This document shows positions 25,971-41,940 of a stretch of 64,000 bases of DNA, one piece after another (the first letter of the stretch is position 1; each line of letters starts with the position of its first letter). This DNA comes from the human T2T-CHM13v2.0 reference genome, Homo sapiens, in NCBI RefSeq assembly GCF_009914755.1, contig NC_060934.1; one strand, given 5' to 3'. The translations under genes and the position numbers were made by a program. A model generated the notes under the pieces. It ran no database searches, had not been told where the DNA came from, and was given only the letters and a program-made list of their open reading frames with translations.

Positions 25971-27512
25971 GAGGTTGATCAATGGGCTGACTATATTGAC
26001 AAGATACTGATAGGTTACATGTTGAAGAAAACATACAATATAAAATAGAGAAAAAGTCAGTTCCATCCCTTCCCACTCCCCCTTTACCTACCTGCTCCCC
26101 AGTACTCATCATTGTGATTTAGTCAGAACAGGGTTTAGTGCCAGAGGTCAGGGTGACTGAGGGTGGAGGAGTTGTGAGCAATGGGTTCATGGCTGTCACA
26201 ATAATGCTGTGGCAATTCTATGGTTTCCCAGCTGGGAGTTAGGAGTGGGGAGGGGGCTGCAGCCTGATGACAGCCAGCTGAAGGAAGAGCTACCTCTCCC
26301 TTCCCTAGCTGCTCATCACCTGAACCCAAGACCACGCCAAACAAGATATGGATGTAGATGCTCTTGCTGAGTCTGTTCCGCAAGAGGGAAAGAAAGGGTA
26401 GCTGCTCCAAACACGCCGTCCTCATATACAAGGGTGAGGGGAACAGAAGCATGTGGCTGCTACCAGCAAAGGAAAAGTAGGAGAGCAATAGAAAGGGGAG
26501 GAAATGGGAAGAGCAGAAAATCAATATTATTTAAAAAGTGACCTAAGACTTAAAATTGAATTAGTATTTGTACAGAAAGATGCAGGTGGAATAACTCACT
26601 CTGGCCTGTGATCAAAATTATATGGAGAAATCATGGTGGGCCCCTTCCTCTGTCCCCAGTGGTGGCACCAGTTGCTGAGTGTGATTAGTTAGAATGGATT
26701 CCAGTCTAGTCGTTCAGGCAGAGGAAGTAGTTGCAGTGGGCAGGCAAGAGGGGCTCAGTTGCTGCAGCACTGGCTCTTGCTGGCTGGGTGGTTCTTCTGG
26801 AGGTCCGTACCTCAGTTTTGGCCTGGAGCACCAGGTGCACTCTGGGGCTTATTAGGAATCTTCTTAGCTCTCGCCGTGTAAACTTCATTCACGTTCATTG
26901 CAGTCTTTACTGATGTCTCCATAGTCAACTGTCGTCGTCTGCATAGTCCTGTGCTTCGTGGAATTCTGGGGCTTTCTTGCTGGCCAGGTCTGCCTTGTTA
27001 CCCACAAGTACAGTGACAATGTTGGGGCTGGCCTGCCTCTCTAGCTCCTTCACCCATTTCTTGGCTGGTGCAAATGTATCTTTTTTGGTGATTTCATAGT
27101 ACATGGGGGCTGGGCTATGATACCGCTCCTGTCCAGCGCTGCCCCAGATCTCAAACTTGACTATTGTGTCGTCTAAGCAGACAGTCTGTGTAAGGAAGGC
27201 TGCTCTGATTATGCTCTCCTGGTACTCTTGAAATTGTCCCTTGACAAAGTGGAGGACAAGGCTGGATTTGGCCACCATAGACTCATTGTTCCCAGTGGCT
27301 GGTCCACTAGGTCGTGTGCTGTGCCTTGCCGACCCGCCACTACCCGTCCAGCTGTTGTGATACCAGAGAGCATGGGGACGGGAGCCATTGCTATGCAAAG
27401 AGGCACTTAGTTGGGAAGGGGGTCTCCAAAATGACGCAAGGGCAGTAGTATTACTTGGGGCTGGGGCTCACACAGGCTCCGCTTCTCTCCCCCCACCCCT
27501 GGTGGTATCTCC
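25971..27512 (-). pseudogene. RAB5CP1: Processed RAB5C pseudogene (5'UTR + CDS + 3'UTR), antisense to ADK; probably RAB5CP1
   Basis: Intronless. Minus-strand translation [60 protein letters not shown] matches RAB5C. Start codon is ATG>GTG at 27340, ancestral stop at 26755-26757 (..SQCCSN*), frameshift near 26925, two 10-codon deletions. GC-rich 3'UTR-like sequence extends to about 25971. Degenerate TSD ATATAAAA..ATTT.A.TT at 25952-25970 and 27513-27529. The symbol is from memory and unverified. Confidence 0.93.
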
Positions 27513-27581
27513 ATATAAAAATTTTACTTAAACGCAGAGACCATATATGTACTTAAACACTTGTCTAAAGAAATAAAATAT

Positions 27582-27885
27582 GGCCGGGCATGGTGGCTCA
27601 TGCCTGTAATCCCAGCACAGAGGCCGAGGCAGGAGGATCACCTGAGGTCAGGAGTTCATGACCAGCCTGACCAACATGGAGAAACCCTGCCTCTACTAAA
27701 AATACAAAATTAGCCGGGCATGGCAGCACATGCCTGTAATCCCAGCTACTCAGGAGGCTGAGGCAGGAGAATTGCTTGAACCTGGGAGGTGGAGGTTGCG
27801 GTGAGCCAAGATCCCCGCCACTGCACTCCAGCCTGGGCAACAAGAGCAAAACTCCGTCTCAAAAAAAAAAAAAAAAAAAAAAAAA
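27582..27885 (+). mobile_element. AluSp/Sq-like
   Basis: Dimer with CCTGACCAACATGGAGAAACC and a long A-tail. Confidence 0.92.
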
Positions 27886-28790
27886 TTCCCCTGCCTCTCT
27901 CCACCCCAGAGGGTAACCATTATCCTAAATTTTATTATTATTATTCACATGCTTTTCTTTATAGGATAGCCATACATGTATCACTAACTGTTCTACCATA
28001 TCTCATAACCTCTTATATAGTTTCCCTTTTTTGTCATATTTGCTGTGTTCTGGATAATTTCTTCAGATCTATCTTCCGATATTGGTAATTGTATCTTCAG
28101 CAGTGTCTCATATTCTGTTTTACCTGACATTGAATTTTATGTAATAATCATTACTTCCATTTTCATTTCTTCCCCTGAAATCAGTTTACTTTATCATTTT
28201 GATAAACTCATTTCATTCTCATATATACAATCCTCTTGTTTATTTAAATATATTAAACTTATTTTCTATTTTGTGCCTAGCCTAATATTTAAAGCTTATG
28301 CAGTTCTGATTTTGCTGTCTGTTGTTTCTGCTGGCTGTTACTCAAACTGCCTTATTTTCCTGTGTGTTAGCTTGTATTCATTATTTGTGGTGATTTCTGA
28401 GACTGAGATGAAGATACGTTTCCAAAGAGAGTATTTACATTTGAATCTGCCAAAAGCCTGGGGATACTGTCAACCTGGGAACACATTCAAATAAATGTTG
28501 GGCTTAAAGTTTTGTGGGCTGCATAGGTAACATGAGTTCCAGATCCATAAACCTTCATGAGGGTGGGCTTGTGGTTAAATTTTCAGGGAAGATGTATTTA
28601 CCTGCACCCAGCATCAAGTTTGAAAGAGGTTAATTTCCTTGTTTATTCCTTCTGTAGGGTAGACATCATTCTATTCAACTCTTACACTAAACATGTATGT
28701 AGCTCTTTAGGATCCCAACTTTATGTGGAGAGTCTAATTAGACTTCGTATCGTTAATGTACCCTAGAATTTATCCCCTAAACCTTGGGTT

Positions 28791-28971
28791 CAGTAGTGTC
28801 CTGGTAAATATTTTAAAGCTGGCTGTCCAGGGCAAAAAAAAAAAAATCCTAATTTCTCACATTTTTCTATTTCACACTATGGCTGATTTCACGATACCAG
28901 CCTGAAGTCATTGAACGTGGAGTTGGGAAAAGATATGTACAGTTAGCTTTCTCAACTCCAGTGTATCACTG
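28791..28971. mobile_element. MER63-like hAT element
   Basis: Termini CAGTAGTGTCCTGGTAAAT ... CTCCAGTGTATCACTG form an imperfect TIR. Confidence 0.55.
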
Positions 28972-29220
28972 CCAGTTCTGTACATGGCTGTGAAAACTGA
29001 AGCTCAATGCACAGGGCTTGGCATATCCCTCAGAATGAAAGAATCTGAGTGTTTGCCTACCCCTCTGGATTTCCATTTTTACTTTGTTTTAACCTTTTGA
29101 GTATTCTGTGTCAACTCAGCAATATACTTCAAAAAAAGATTCTTTTGTTTTCTTTTTATTTTAACCCAGCATTTGTTGTTGTTTTTAGCAAAAGTCCTGT
29201 GTTAGGGTACCTATTTAGTC

Positions 29221-29353
29221 AGAAATAGAAGTCTCTGTGCTTGTTTGTAAGTATAATGTATTATTTTTCTTTTTGGGGAAATATAGAAAGAAATAGAAGT
29301 CTCTGTTCTTGTTTGTAAATTTAATGTATTTTTCTTTTTTGAGAAATAGAGAA
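29221..29353 (+). repeat. 2-copy tandem duplication, period 68 bp
   Basis: AGAAATAGAAGTCTCTGT.CTTGTTTGTAA starting at 29221 and 29289. Confidence 0.9.
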
Positions 29354-30099
29354 AAGTACAGAGAATATTAAAACACCCATAATCCTATCATATATGTTCA
29401 TTTTATGTGCATGTATGTCTCTATACATTTTTATATAATTTGCATTATATCTACTATTTCAGTATATGATTTTTGTTAATATATAATGAATGTTTGCTCA
29501 TGCCGTTAACTATTCCTTTAAAACAGCCCCCATTATATATGAGACTAAACATAAAATGCTGCACACATAGGAGTTAGTATAATTCAGAAATTTAGTCTGT
29601 ATTGCATTTGGAAATAATTTTGTGAAGGTTATTCATGCAGCATTATTAATAATTGCAAAATATTGGAAACCATATAAATGACCAGTTCTAGAAGATTGGT
29701 TGAATATACTCTGGAACATACAATAGACTACTATGTTTATAAAAGCTATCTGTTTTTATAAATATATGGAGTAATTTCCAGGAAATATTACATGAAACAA
29801 AAAGCAGAAACAAATACCCATAGTGCTACTTGTCATACAAGAAAAAGGGAGAATTAAAGAATGTGTATGTTCAGGAAGGATAAAGCAGAAAACAGTAAAA
29901 TTAGTTACAAGAGGTAGAAGGGAGAGTGAGGTGGAAGGGATGTGGGAGGGAGTGAGACTTGGATATTGGGGTATACTTTCTTGGCATAGTTTCAACTTTT
30001 GAAAGCATGTTAATGTCCAACATATTCAAACAGTTAAATAAAAATGATATCACTGGGACAGGGACCTAAAATTGTAAACAAACAAGTGAACTTAATTCA

Positions 30100-30325
30100 T
30101 TTTTTTTTCTTATTTTTTTATTATTATACTTTAAGTTCTGGGATACATGTGCAGAATGTACAGGTTTGTTACATAGGTATACATGTGCCATGGTGGTTTG
30201 CTGCACCCATCAACTATCACCTACATTAGGTATTTCACCTAATGCTATCCCGCCCCTAACCCCCCAAGCCTCAACAGGCCCCTGTGTGTTATGTTCCCTT
30301 CCGTGTGTCCATGTGTTCTCATTGA
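30100..30325 (-). mobile_element. L1PA7/8-like 3'UTR fragment
   Basis: TTATTATACTTTAAGTTCTGGGATACATGTGCAG..GTGTCCATGTGTTCTCATTG. Confidence 0.85.
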
Positions 30326-30492
30326 TAAAGTTAATTTTAAAGTAAAATGAATACTATATCCATACCGAAAGGGGATAAAGAAGAAAGAAATGAAGGAAGA
30401 AGGGAGGACAAATTTATGAACACCAGATTCAACTATATGTCCTTAGCTTGGGGTGGGTGGGAGAGAAATGAAGAATTGCAAACAAATCCTGA

Positions 30493-30814
<322 letters not shown>

Positions 30815-30979
30815 TATAGGTTTATTTTAATGGTATGGGCAAACTAAATCAGAGACTATTTTGAGCAAATGAGTGAGCCTGGGTTCTCACTATGGAAGAA
30901 GGGACAAACATATAGACAGGAGGAAGACAGGTAAGAATTCTGTGTAGAGGAATTGGATTGGAGGTGTCTGTGTACATAT

Positions 30980-31040
30980 GGACATTTCTGTGTGTGTATG
31001 TATCTGTTGATGTGTGTGCATGTATTTTTGTATATGTATA

Positions 31041-31073
<33 letters not shown>
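30980..31073 (+). repeat. (TG)n microsatellite within an old L1M
   Basis: Directly visible. Confidence 0.9.
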
Positions 31074-31076
<3 letters not shown>

Positions 31077-31164
31077 GAGACATTCATATATTTCTTAGCT
31101 CTATTGCTGAAAGAGCAAAGGAGCGAAGTCACAATAGTAGTGACACACCTAGCGTTATTTCCCA

Positions 31165-31590
31165 CTGTTAGTTTCCTAAGGCTGCTGTAATAAATTACCG
31201 TAAACTTAACAGAAAGTTATTCTTTCATAGTTCAGGCGGCCAGAGCTCCAAACCGAAGGTGTTTGTGGGGTTGGTTCCTTCTTGGGGAGGCAGAGGGAGA
31301 ACCTATCCATACCTCTCTCCTAGCTTCTGGTGGTTGTGCATAATCCTTGGAGCTTGATGGTTTGTGACATTATAACTTCAATTCCTGCCTTCATTGTCAT
31401 ATGACATTCACCCTATGTTTACCTGTCCAAATTTTACTCTTTTTATCAGAGTAATCCACTCATTAGGGCCGACTCTAATTCACTGTGACTTTATCTTAAC
31501 TTCCAAAGACCCCGTTTCTAAATAAGCTCACATTCACAGGGTTAGTACCTGATTATGACTTTTTGAGGAGCACAGTTCAGTCCCTAATGC
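31165..31590. mobile_element. MLT1-type MaLR LTR
   Basis: TTAGTTTCCTAAGGCTGCTGTAATAAATTACC..CTAGCTTCTGGTGGTTG..TCACATTCACAGG. Confidence 0.7.
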
Positions 31591-33239
31591 CTACTAAAAC
31601 TAAAGCTCTTCACTCAAATGACTGGCTTCAGTCTGGGGCAGGGTAGGTACAAGATGAACCTAGAACATGTTGTAATGCCAAAAAGTAAGGAAATGCTAAA
31701 AAGTAAGATAAGTTGTTTGTTAAGTATACAGAATCTAGCTTGAAGAGTTCCCCACTGGTCAAATCTAGGGCAATTTGAGCATCAAATAATTAAATACAGT
31801 AATGAATTATAAGCTGTTGGAAATAAAGAACTTTATAAGACCATTCCAATCACTAATGGGTGGATGGATAGAAAATGAAGATATTTTACTTACAGTGGCA
31901 TGCTGAAAGTTGACCAGCAAATGTGGAGGTTGTGCTAGAGTTGGGAAAAAACAAAACAAGGAAACCTCATTTTGCAGTCATCATGTTAAAGATTAGATCA
32001 GGCAAAAATCATCAATGGTTGTAACATCTAAGAGGACAGACATGTTGATGAAGAACAGAATATTTACATGGTCTTGAAATGTTGTATGGGAGAAGAGAAA
32101 AACAGCAACAATGCAGTGGAGAAATCAGACAACACATTGACAGGGTGATCACAAGTATCACCTCCAGTGAGAGTCAAATGAACATTGTTTGCCTCCTTAT
32201 GTGTTTATCTGTCCCTGAGAAGTACACAACATCATCTATGCAGTTTCTGGCCCAGAATGCATCTCAACTCAATCACAAGAGAATATTATGCATACATACA
32301 GAAAAAGAAAGAATACAACTGAACATAGATGATAAAGAAAATGAGGTAAAAATGTGACAACAGATGAAAATGGATAAAGGTATTTTCTGTGTTTTTATTT
32401 TTGGAACTTTTTGTACATTGAAATGATTGCCAATGGAAAAGTTTAGATAAATTGTCCTAAAGTTACAGAGAACTTGCAGGGAAAAACATCTTAAAGTAGA
32501 CTAATAGTGGAGAGTCATAAAAGACACTTGGCAAATCTTCTTAGTTGAATATTATTCAAACTATTCAGTCAGGGAACTGATTTTGTGCTAATTATGAAAT
32601 GCATTATTGCATTGACTTTATGTCTCTTACAACATTAAATTATGTTACCTAGGATCAATTTGAGATTCAACACATGATAGTAGTTTAATACAGTGAAGTC
32701 ATAACTTGCAACAAACTATCCCAATTTTAAGAATTAATTCTGAGCAATTTTTATATGCATGAAAAAGATGGTTAGAATTATTTGCAGACACTTGCATATT
32801 CTTTAGTCAAGTGGTCTTATTACCATAATTCATATCTGTTGTGGGAGTAGGGAAGAAAGAGATTTAAAAAATATCTATCAGTTCTTTCAATCAAGTTAGG
32901 TATAATATTAATAGACTTTGAGCTAAGAAAGTTTTCATGACCAGAAGAGGAGCAGGAACTGTCTAACATAGAAAATGTTTATGGTATACCATAATCAGTT
33001 ATACAAATATAAAAGGAAAAAATGTTTGACTAGTGATACTCTCAAACTTGGATATCCAGAAGAGTGATTCTGTCAGTACACTAAAAGCAAATTCATCTAT
33101 CAGGAGCTTTCATGTTTTCATTCAACAAATATTTATCCAGTGCCTATTATGTACCAGATAGTGTTATACTGTGAATCGGGAGCATATGTTAAAATAGACA
33201 ATATAGTAGACATTATTCTCTAAAATTATTAACAATAGT

Positions 33240-34570
33240 AGCTAATACTCATATGATACTTACTCTGGGCCACATACCATTCTAAGATCTTTACATATAG
33301 TAATTCCTTTACCTCAAACAACCTTATTAGATTGGTACTATTATTACCTCTATTTTATTGATGAAGAAACAGAGGCACGGAGGTGTTAACTTTCTCCAGG
33401 TTTCACAGCTAAAAGTAGCAGACCCAGGATTTTGAATCCATCAGACTGGCTTGTGTCCAAGCTTTTTTTAATTAATTTTTTTTATTTTGACATAATTTGT
33501 AGATTCACATGCAGTTGTAATATAATACAGAGAGATCTCATGTACTTTTTACTCAGTTTCTCGAGGTAACTTCTTACAAAACTATAGAACCATATCATAA
33601 CCATCATATTGACACTGATATAGTCAAGGCTCCAAATATATCTGTCACCACAATGATCCTTCATGTTGCCCACCCACTTCCCTCTGTTCACCTATTGAAA
33701 GACATCTTGGTTGTTTCCAGTTTGGAGCTATTACAGATAAAGCTTCTGTGAATATTTGCACATAAGTTTTTGTATGAACACCAATTTTTGGCTGGGCGTA
33801 ATGGCTCACACCTGTAATCCCAGCATTTTAGGAGGCCGAGATGAGAGAATTGCTTGAGGCCAGAAGTTCATGACCAGCCTGGTCAACGTAGCAAGACCCC
33901 ATCTCATTTTATAAAAATAAAAAATTATTTTTTAAAAGGAACATCAATTTTCATTACTTTAGACTGCCTCTAAGCTTTTAATTCTTACATTCTACCACCT
34001 CTCAATATATAGTAGGGAATAAATAGTAGAGAATGACTTGATGGTTAAGTTGACATTCAGAAGAGGCCTGAAGGAAGTGAAGAAAAAAGCCATACAGCTG
34101 TTTGGGGAAAGCACATTTCAAGCAGAGGGAACAAGCACAGAGGCCTTGAGAAGGAAATATGCCTAGAGTGTTTGAGACAGAGCAAGGCGGCTGGAAGGAG
34201 ATGAGTTCTACAAGGCAGCTATGAGCCAGGTCTATAAGATGTGGCTGCTATATAGAAAATAGATGGTGGTTGGGCAAGTGTTGAAGCATGGGGAACTATT
34301 AAGAGGCTGCCCATCGGAGCTTGCAGTGAGCCGAGATCCCGCCACTGCACTCCAGCCTGGGCGACAGAGCGAGACTCCGTCTCAAAAAAAAAAAAAAAAA
34401 AAAAAAAAAGAGGCTGCCCATGTGAGAGATGATGGTAGCTTAGACTTATGGTGGAAGTGTTAAAGATGGTTCAGATTCTAGATATGTTTTGAAGAAGAGC
34501 TCACAAAAATTTTTCTGATGGGCTGACAGTTGGATATGAGAAAAGGAAAGGAGGCAAGAATGATTCCATT
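33240..34570. mobile_element. Cluster of MIR (about 33240-33460), L1M fragment, FLAM (33790-33920) and L2 (about 34030-34570)
   Basis: MIR core ATTTTATTGATGAAGAAACAGAGGCACGGAGG; L2 motif AGCAGAGGGAACAAGCAC. Confidence 0.65.
34315..34409 (+). mobile_element. 5'-truncated young Alu, AluYa5-type
   Basis: Perfect TSD AAGAGGCTGCCCAT (34301-34314, 34408-34421). All CpGs intact. GAGATCCCGCC variant and a pure A-tail. Confidence 0.85.
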
Positions 34571-34776
34571 TACCAGGTTCCAAGAGAATGATTACAGAAA
34601 CCAATAGATTGCCTTATTTATTTATAGTAGGAAATGTAGTTATCACATGGGCCCAAATGTTTGTGTCTGCTTAATCCGCATATCTGTTTCTTTAGGCAAA
34701 CTTGCATTGGAATGTAATGGCGACTGCAGAATCAGGATAAGGGGACTTGAATAAATCAGTCTTTAAATGCATCTGA

Positions 34777-35155
<379 letters not shown>

Positions 35156-35231
35156 ATCTCTTTAGTAGGGACCTGAAAAAGTTAAATTCCATAGACAAAA
35201 GGCTTTCTGAGCTCTTCTTTAATAAGTAGTG

Positions 35232-35514
<283 letters not shown>

Positions 35515-36329
35515 TTAAAATAAAAGTAGCACAAACATTTGCTTTTGTTTCTCTTTCATAATGCACCAACACTACCCTAACCCCCAACATAATCCTTTTG
35601 TAGATTTGTTAATATATTCAGACAGGCCATATTCCATATCTGATCCTACTTAGTGGTTTGATGGTTGGCTAAAAGGCAGTATTAATATCTGTTATTTCCA
35701 TGCTATTGAGGGATATCTCACATTGATCATCCTTGTATTGGCAATAGAAATAAATGGTGATAGTATTTTTTTCATTTAGATAAATTTAGCACTGCTCTTA
35801 GTATTATTGAAACTTAGTTTAGGAATGTATCATTTATCTATAATCATTTATTGCTGAAGTGAACCCTTCTTTAAATTTTCCTCTTCCAAATATTGATGTA
35901 GTTCTTTCTTTCTTCATCAGTTCCATGCATACAATTCAATTTTCTTCATGACACGGGATCATCATCTATAACGTCTGTTACTTATAGGACTATTCTATGA
36001 GTCTCTTCAAGTGTATACATGTATTTGCTTTTATTTTAAGTTACTCAAATTGTTATATATTTTGAGTACTTATATATACATTTTAATAATTTTACTAGCC
36101 CTGGAGCTGGTGGTGTGTCATCTTCAACTTCCTTTTTAAATTCCTTCTAATTTCTTAGGGTGGGAAAAATCTAATTCAGTAGATTGAATTTTTAGAAAAG
36201 AGTAGATAAACTGATGTCTAAATATTTAGGTATTTGTCTATTCTGGAACCTTTTTGCTTCATGATTTTTCTTTTTTACTTTGCATTCCTGAGATTTCCTT
36301 TCATGAACTGGAAGGCTTTACTTTACTAA

Positions 36330-36340
36330 GTGACTCAGCA
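36330..36340 (+). promoter_or_regulatory. NF-E2/NRF2 (ARE/MARE, AP-1 core) motif
   Basis: GTGACTCAGCA is an exact match to RTGACTCAGCA in non-repeat sequence. Confidence 0.4.
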
Positions 36341-37744
36341 GTAGCTCTATGTATCTTTTAGTTGGAAATGCCTTTGGCTCTATGCATGCACACACTGCCC
36401 ATTAATTAGCAAACCAACATAGAATCATCTGTTGATGACAAAATTACCAAAATGGATCATCCATAAGTGTTTATACTGCAAACAGTGTATCAGAAATGTC
36501 ATAATCTCATTCATTAAGAAATTTACATACACACCAGATTTTAGAGTGCTCATTCATGATGAATGTCTACTTCCACACTGTTTGTTTGGAAACATTCAAT
36601 AGCCAGTCTTGAATTTAAAAAATTTAATTGAATGCTTAAAGAATTACAAGTGTTCCTTTCCTTGGCTCTAATGCTAACCAAAGTGCTTTTCTAAACTGCT
36701 AAGAATGGACTGAAGATTCTGCTGAGGGCTGTAGATACTTATCTGCCTAATTGAGCCATCATTTGTTGACATGAAGAAAACCACGTGACCTACTTTAATG
36801 CATTTCTCAGTAGCAGCAGGAGGCTAGAATGTAGTTCATCCAACAGTAAAACTAGCAGCAGTATTATTAGACATGTGAAAATAGCATTGGTTATGGGATT
36901 AGTTTTGTAAAGTAAGGATAGTAATATAAAGGTATATAGTCATAATATAAACAGTATAGAGTGATTTTTTTATTTTCAAAATTATTTGAATCCAATAATC
37001 ATTTAAGTCAGTCATTCAGTAACTATTTACCAATGTTTACAGTTGCCAGCTATATTAAAGGAATTGTTGACTTGTCAAAGTTGATTCATATGAGAGTAAC
37101 AGTGTTAAAATCTGAAACTGGTATGGATTGCTAAAACGAAATACTTTAGTACACAGGGAATTACTATGATCAAAACTATGCTGGATACATTAATTTGACC
37201 ATGTGTCTTTAAATTGGAGGTGAGGAAGATTAGTTACAGATACATTAATTAGAAAGGTGTTATATTAGTCTAGGTTGAGGCTGATATAAGTAAGAAAGTA
37301 GGAAAGGATGCAAAAGCCCTTGGAAATGAATATTTGTGTGTGGTGAAGTAAAATGAGGTAGAGGTTACCCTTTTACATGACTTGAGAGAATCATGGCTCA
37401 TTTAGTAAATCCAGAGGGAGAAATGATTTTCTATATATATAATGAGTTTGGAATACAGGAAGAATGCCAAAAATAACATCTTAAGGAATTCTTCCTAAAT
37501 AGTGAAGAAAGAAATTAGTATCAACAGAAGAGACAGAAAAGGATGGTTATGAAAGATAGGAGGTCATCGCTGTCTAAAATGACTGATGGATTTTGATTAC
37601 ACCACTGGTGATAGAAAAAAAATTATTAGAGAAAAGTGTAGTCTGAGAACTATTTGATCTTAGTCTGTAATGAATGAAATATAAAATTTGAGACTATTTG
37701 GAAACTGTTTAACAAGTTTACACCCCCTTCCAGCAAATACAAAA

Positions 37745-38164
37745 TTACAACAAATTTAAAGATGTTAATTGGTTTTTATTTGCAATTCTAAAATCGGACA
37801 ACAACCTCATTCTATTAAATAGAATGAATATTCCAGTAAGCTGAGCAGAGGAAGTTGACTTTATAGACAGAAAAGGGCTGAGGAAAGCAAAAACAGAAAA
37901 CAAAATGTGGATTGGTATTTCCAAAATTACTTTTCTTATAAAGGTTAAAGCAGAGGGGACTTCCTTATACCAGCTAAAACTGGTCTGTTTGGGGATCTGG
38001 CTATTATCTGTTTCTCCTGATTTCTTGGAAAGTAAGATAAACAACTATGTTTTAGCTTAGTGATGTGGAACTTCAGCTTGAGTGACTCCATTTTGGTTTG
38101 GTCTGGTGGGCCTAGTGCAGGAGCTTAGTCCAAACTAATGGGATCCTATACATTTTGTTTAACA
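37745..38164 (-). mobile_element. ERV1 MER4-group solo LTR (MER31/67/93-like)
   Basis: Minus strand begins TGTTAAACAAAAT..TTTGGACTAAGCTCCTGCACTAGGCCC..CCAAACCAAAATGGAGTCAC. Confidence 0.7.
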
Positions 38165-38804
38165 CTGCCAACATCCTGGTGCACGATCATCAGATTTCTC
38201 ATTGAACAGGGAATGGACGACTTTGAATGTTGGAGAGCACCTGTGGTGAGTTGTTTATATATAATCTGTAAACTAGTTATGCACAGTAGCACTATATATG
38301 GGTCTATGTTGGACTAGAGGATAAAAAATAACTTGGCCTTCACCTCAGAGAGTTTAAGAATCACTGTGCCACCAGAAAGATGGTAGTAGTAGGCACATTA
38401 CATCGAGTGAAGACTGTTGGGTGAGAGGGAAGGTTTGCTTAAAGATATAAGAGATTTGAGTTTGTATATTGTCTAAGGAAGATATGATAGAACAGAAGAC
38501 TGATAATGCAGTGTGGAAGAGTGATAACTGCTAGATGGAATTGAGATCAAAGGTTTATAGATGAAGACTTTATCCTTGGAAAAATACATTTACATTTATT
38601 TAATGTTTAGTTTTTAAATTAGATATTATGTAACTTGAGCCTCACAGTAATCCAATGAATTAGGTGACATATGGTTGGTATAATTCATCCGCCTTTACAT
38701 TTAAGAAAATTGAGACACAAAAAATGTTGTGTGTTATCCACAGTCATGTGGTTAGTAAATGGGGAGATATTTTCATGCCCAGTTCTATGCTATAACTACT
38801 ATTA

Positions 38805-40480
<1,676 letters not shown>

Positions 40481-40639
40481 TGTTTAATCATAAACAATTC
40501 TAAGAAATTTGGACCAATAAAAGTTTGACAAAAATCTGAAGTTCTCTAATTTGTTTATATATTTTTGGTATTTATGTATTTATTGTCATAGGTTTCTTAG
40601 TTAGATTCATGGCCAAAAGTACCATCCAAAAAACTATTT

Positions 40640-41940
<1,301 letters not shown>

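Noticed and set aside
26135-26524. 129-aa ORF in GC-rich sequence
   Set aside because: Lies in the RAB5C 3'UTR-derived part of the pseudogene; no coding homology recognised.
26925-27398. 157-aa Rab-like ORF as a functional retrogene
   Set aside because: TTG start, native ATG mutated, P-loop and core strands deleted, DTAG changed to GSAG, and a frameshift removes the prenylation motif.
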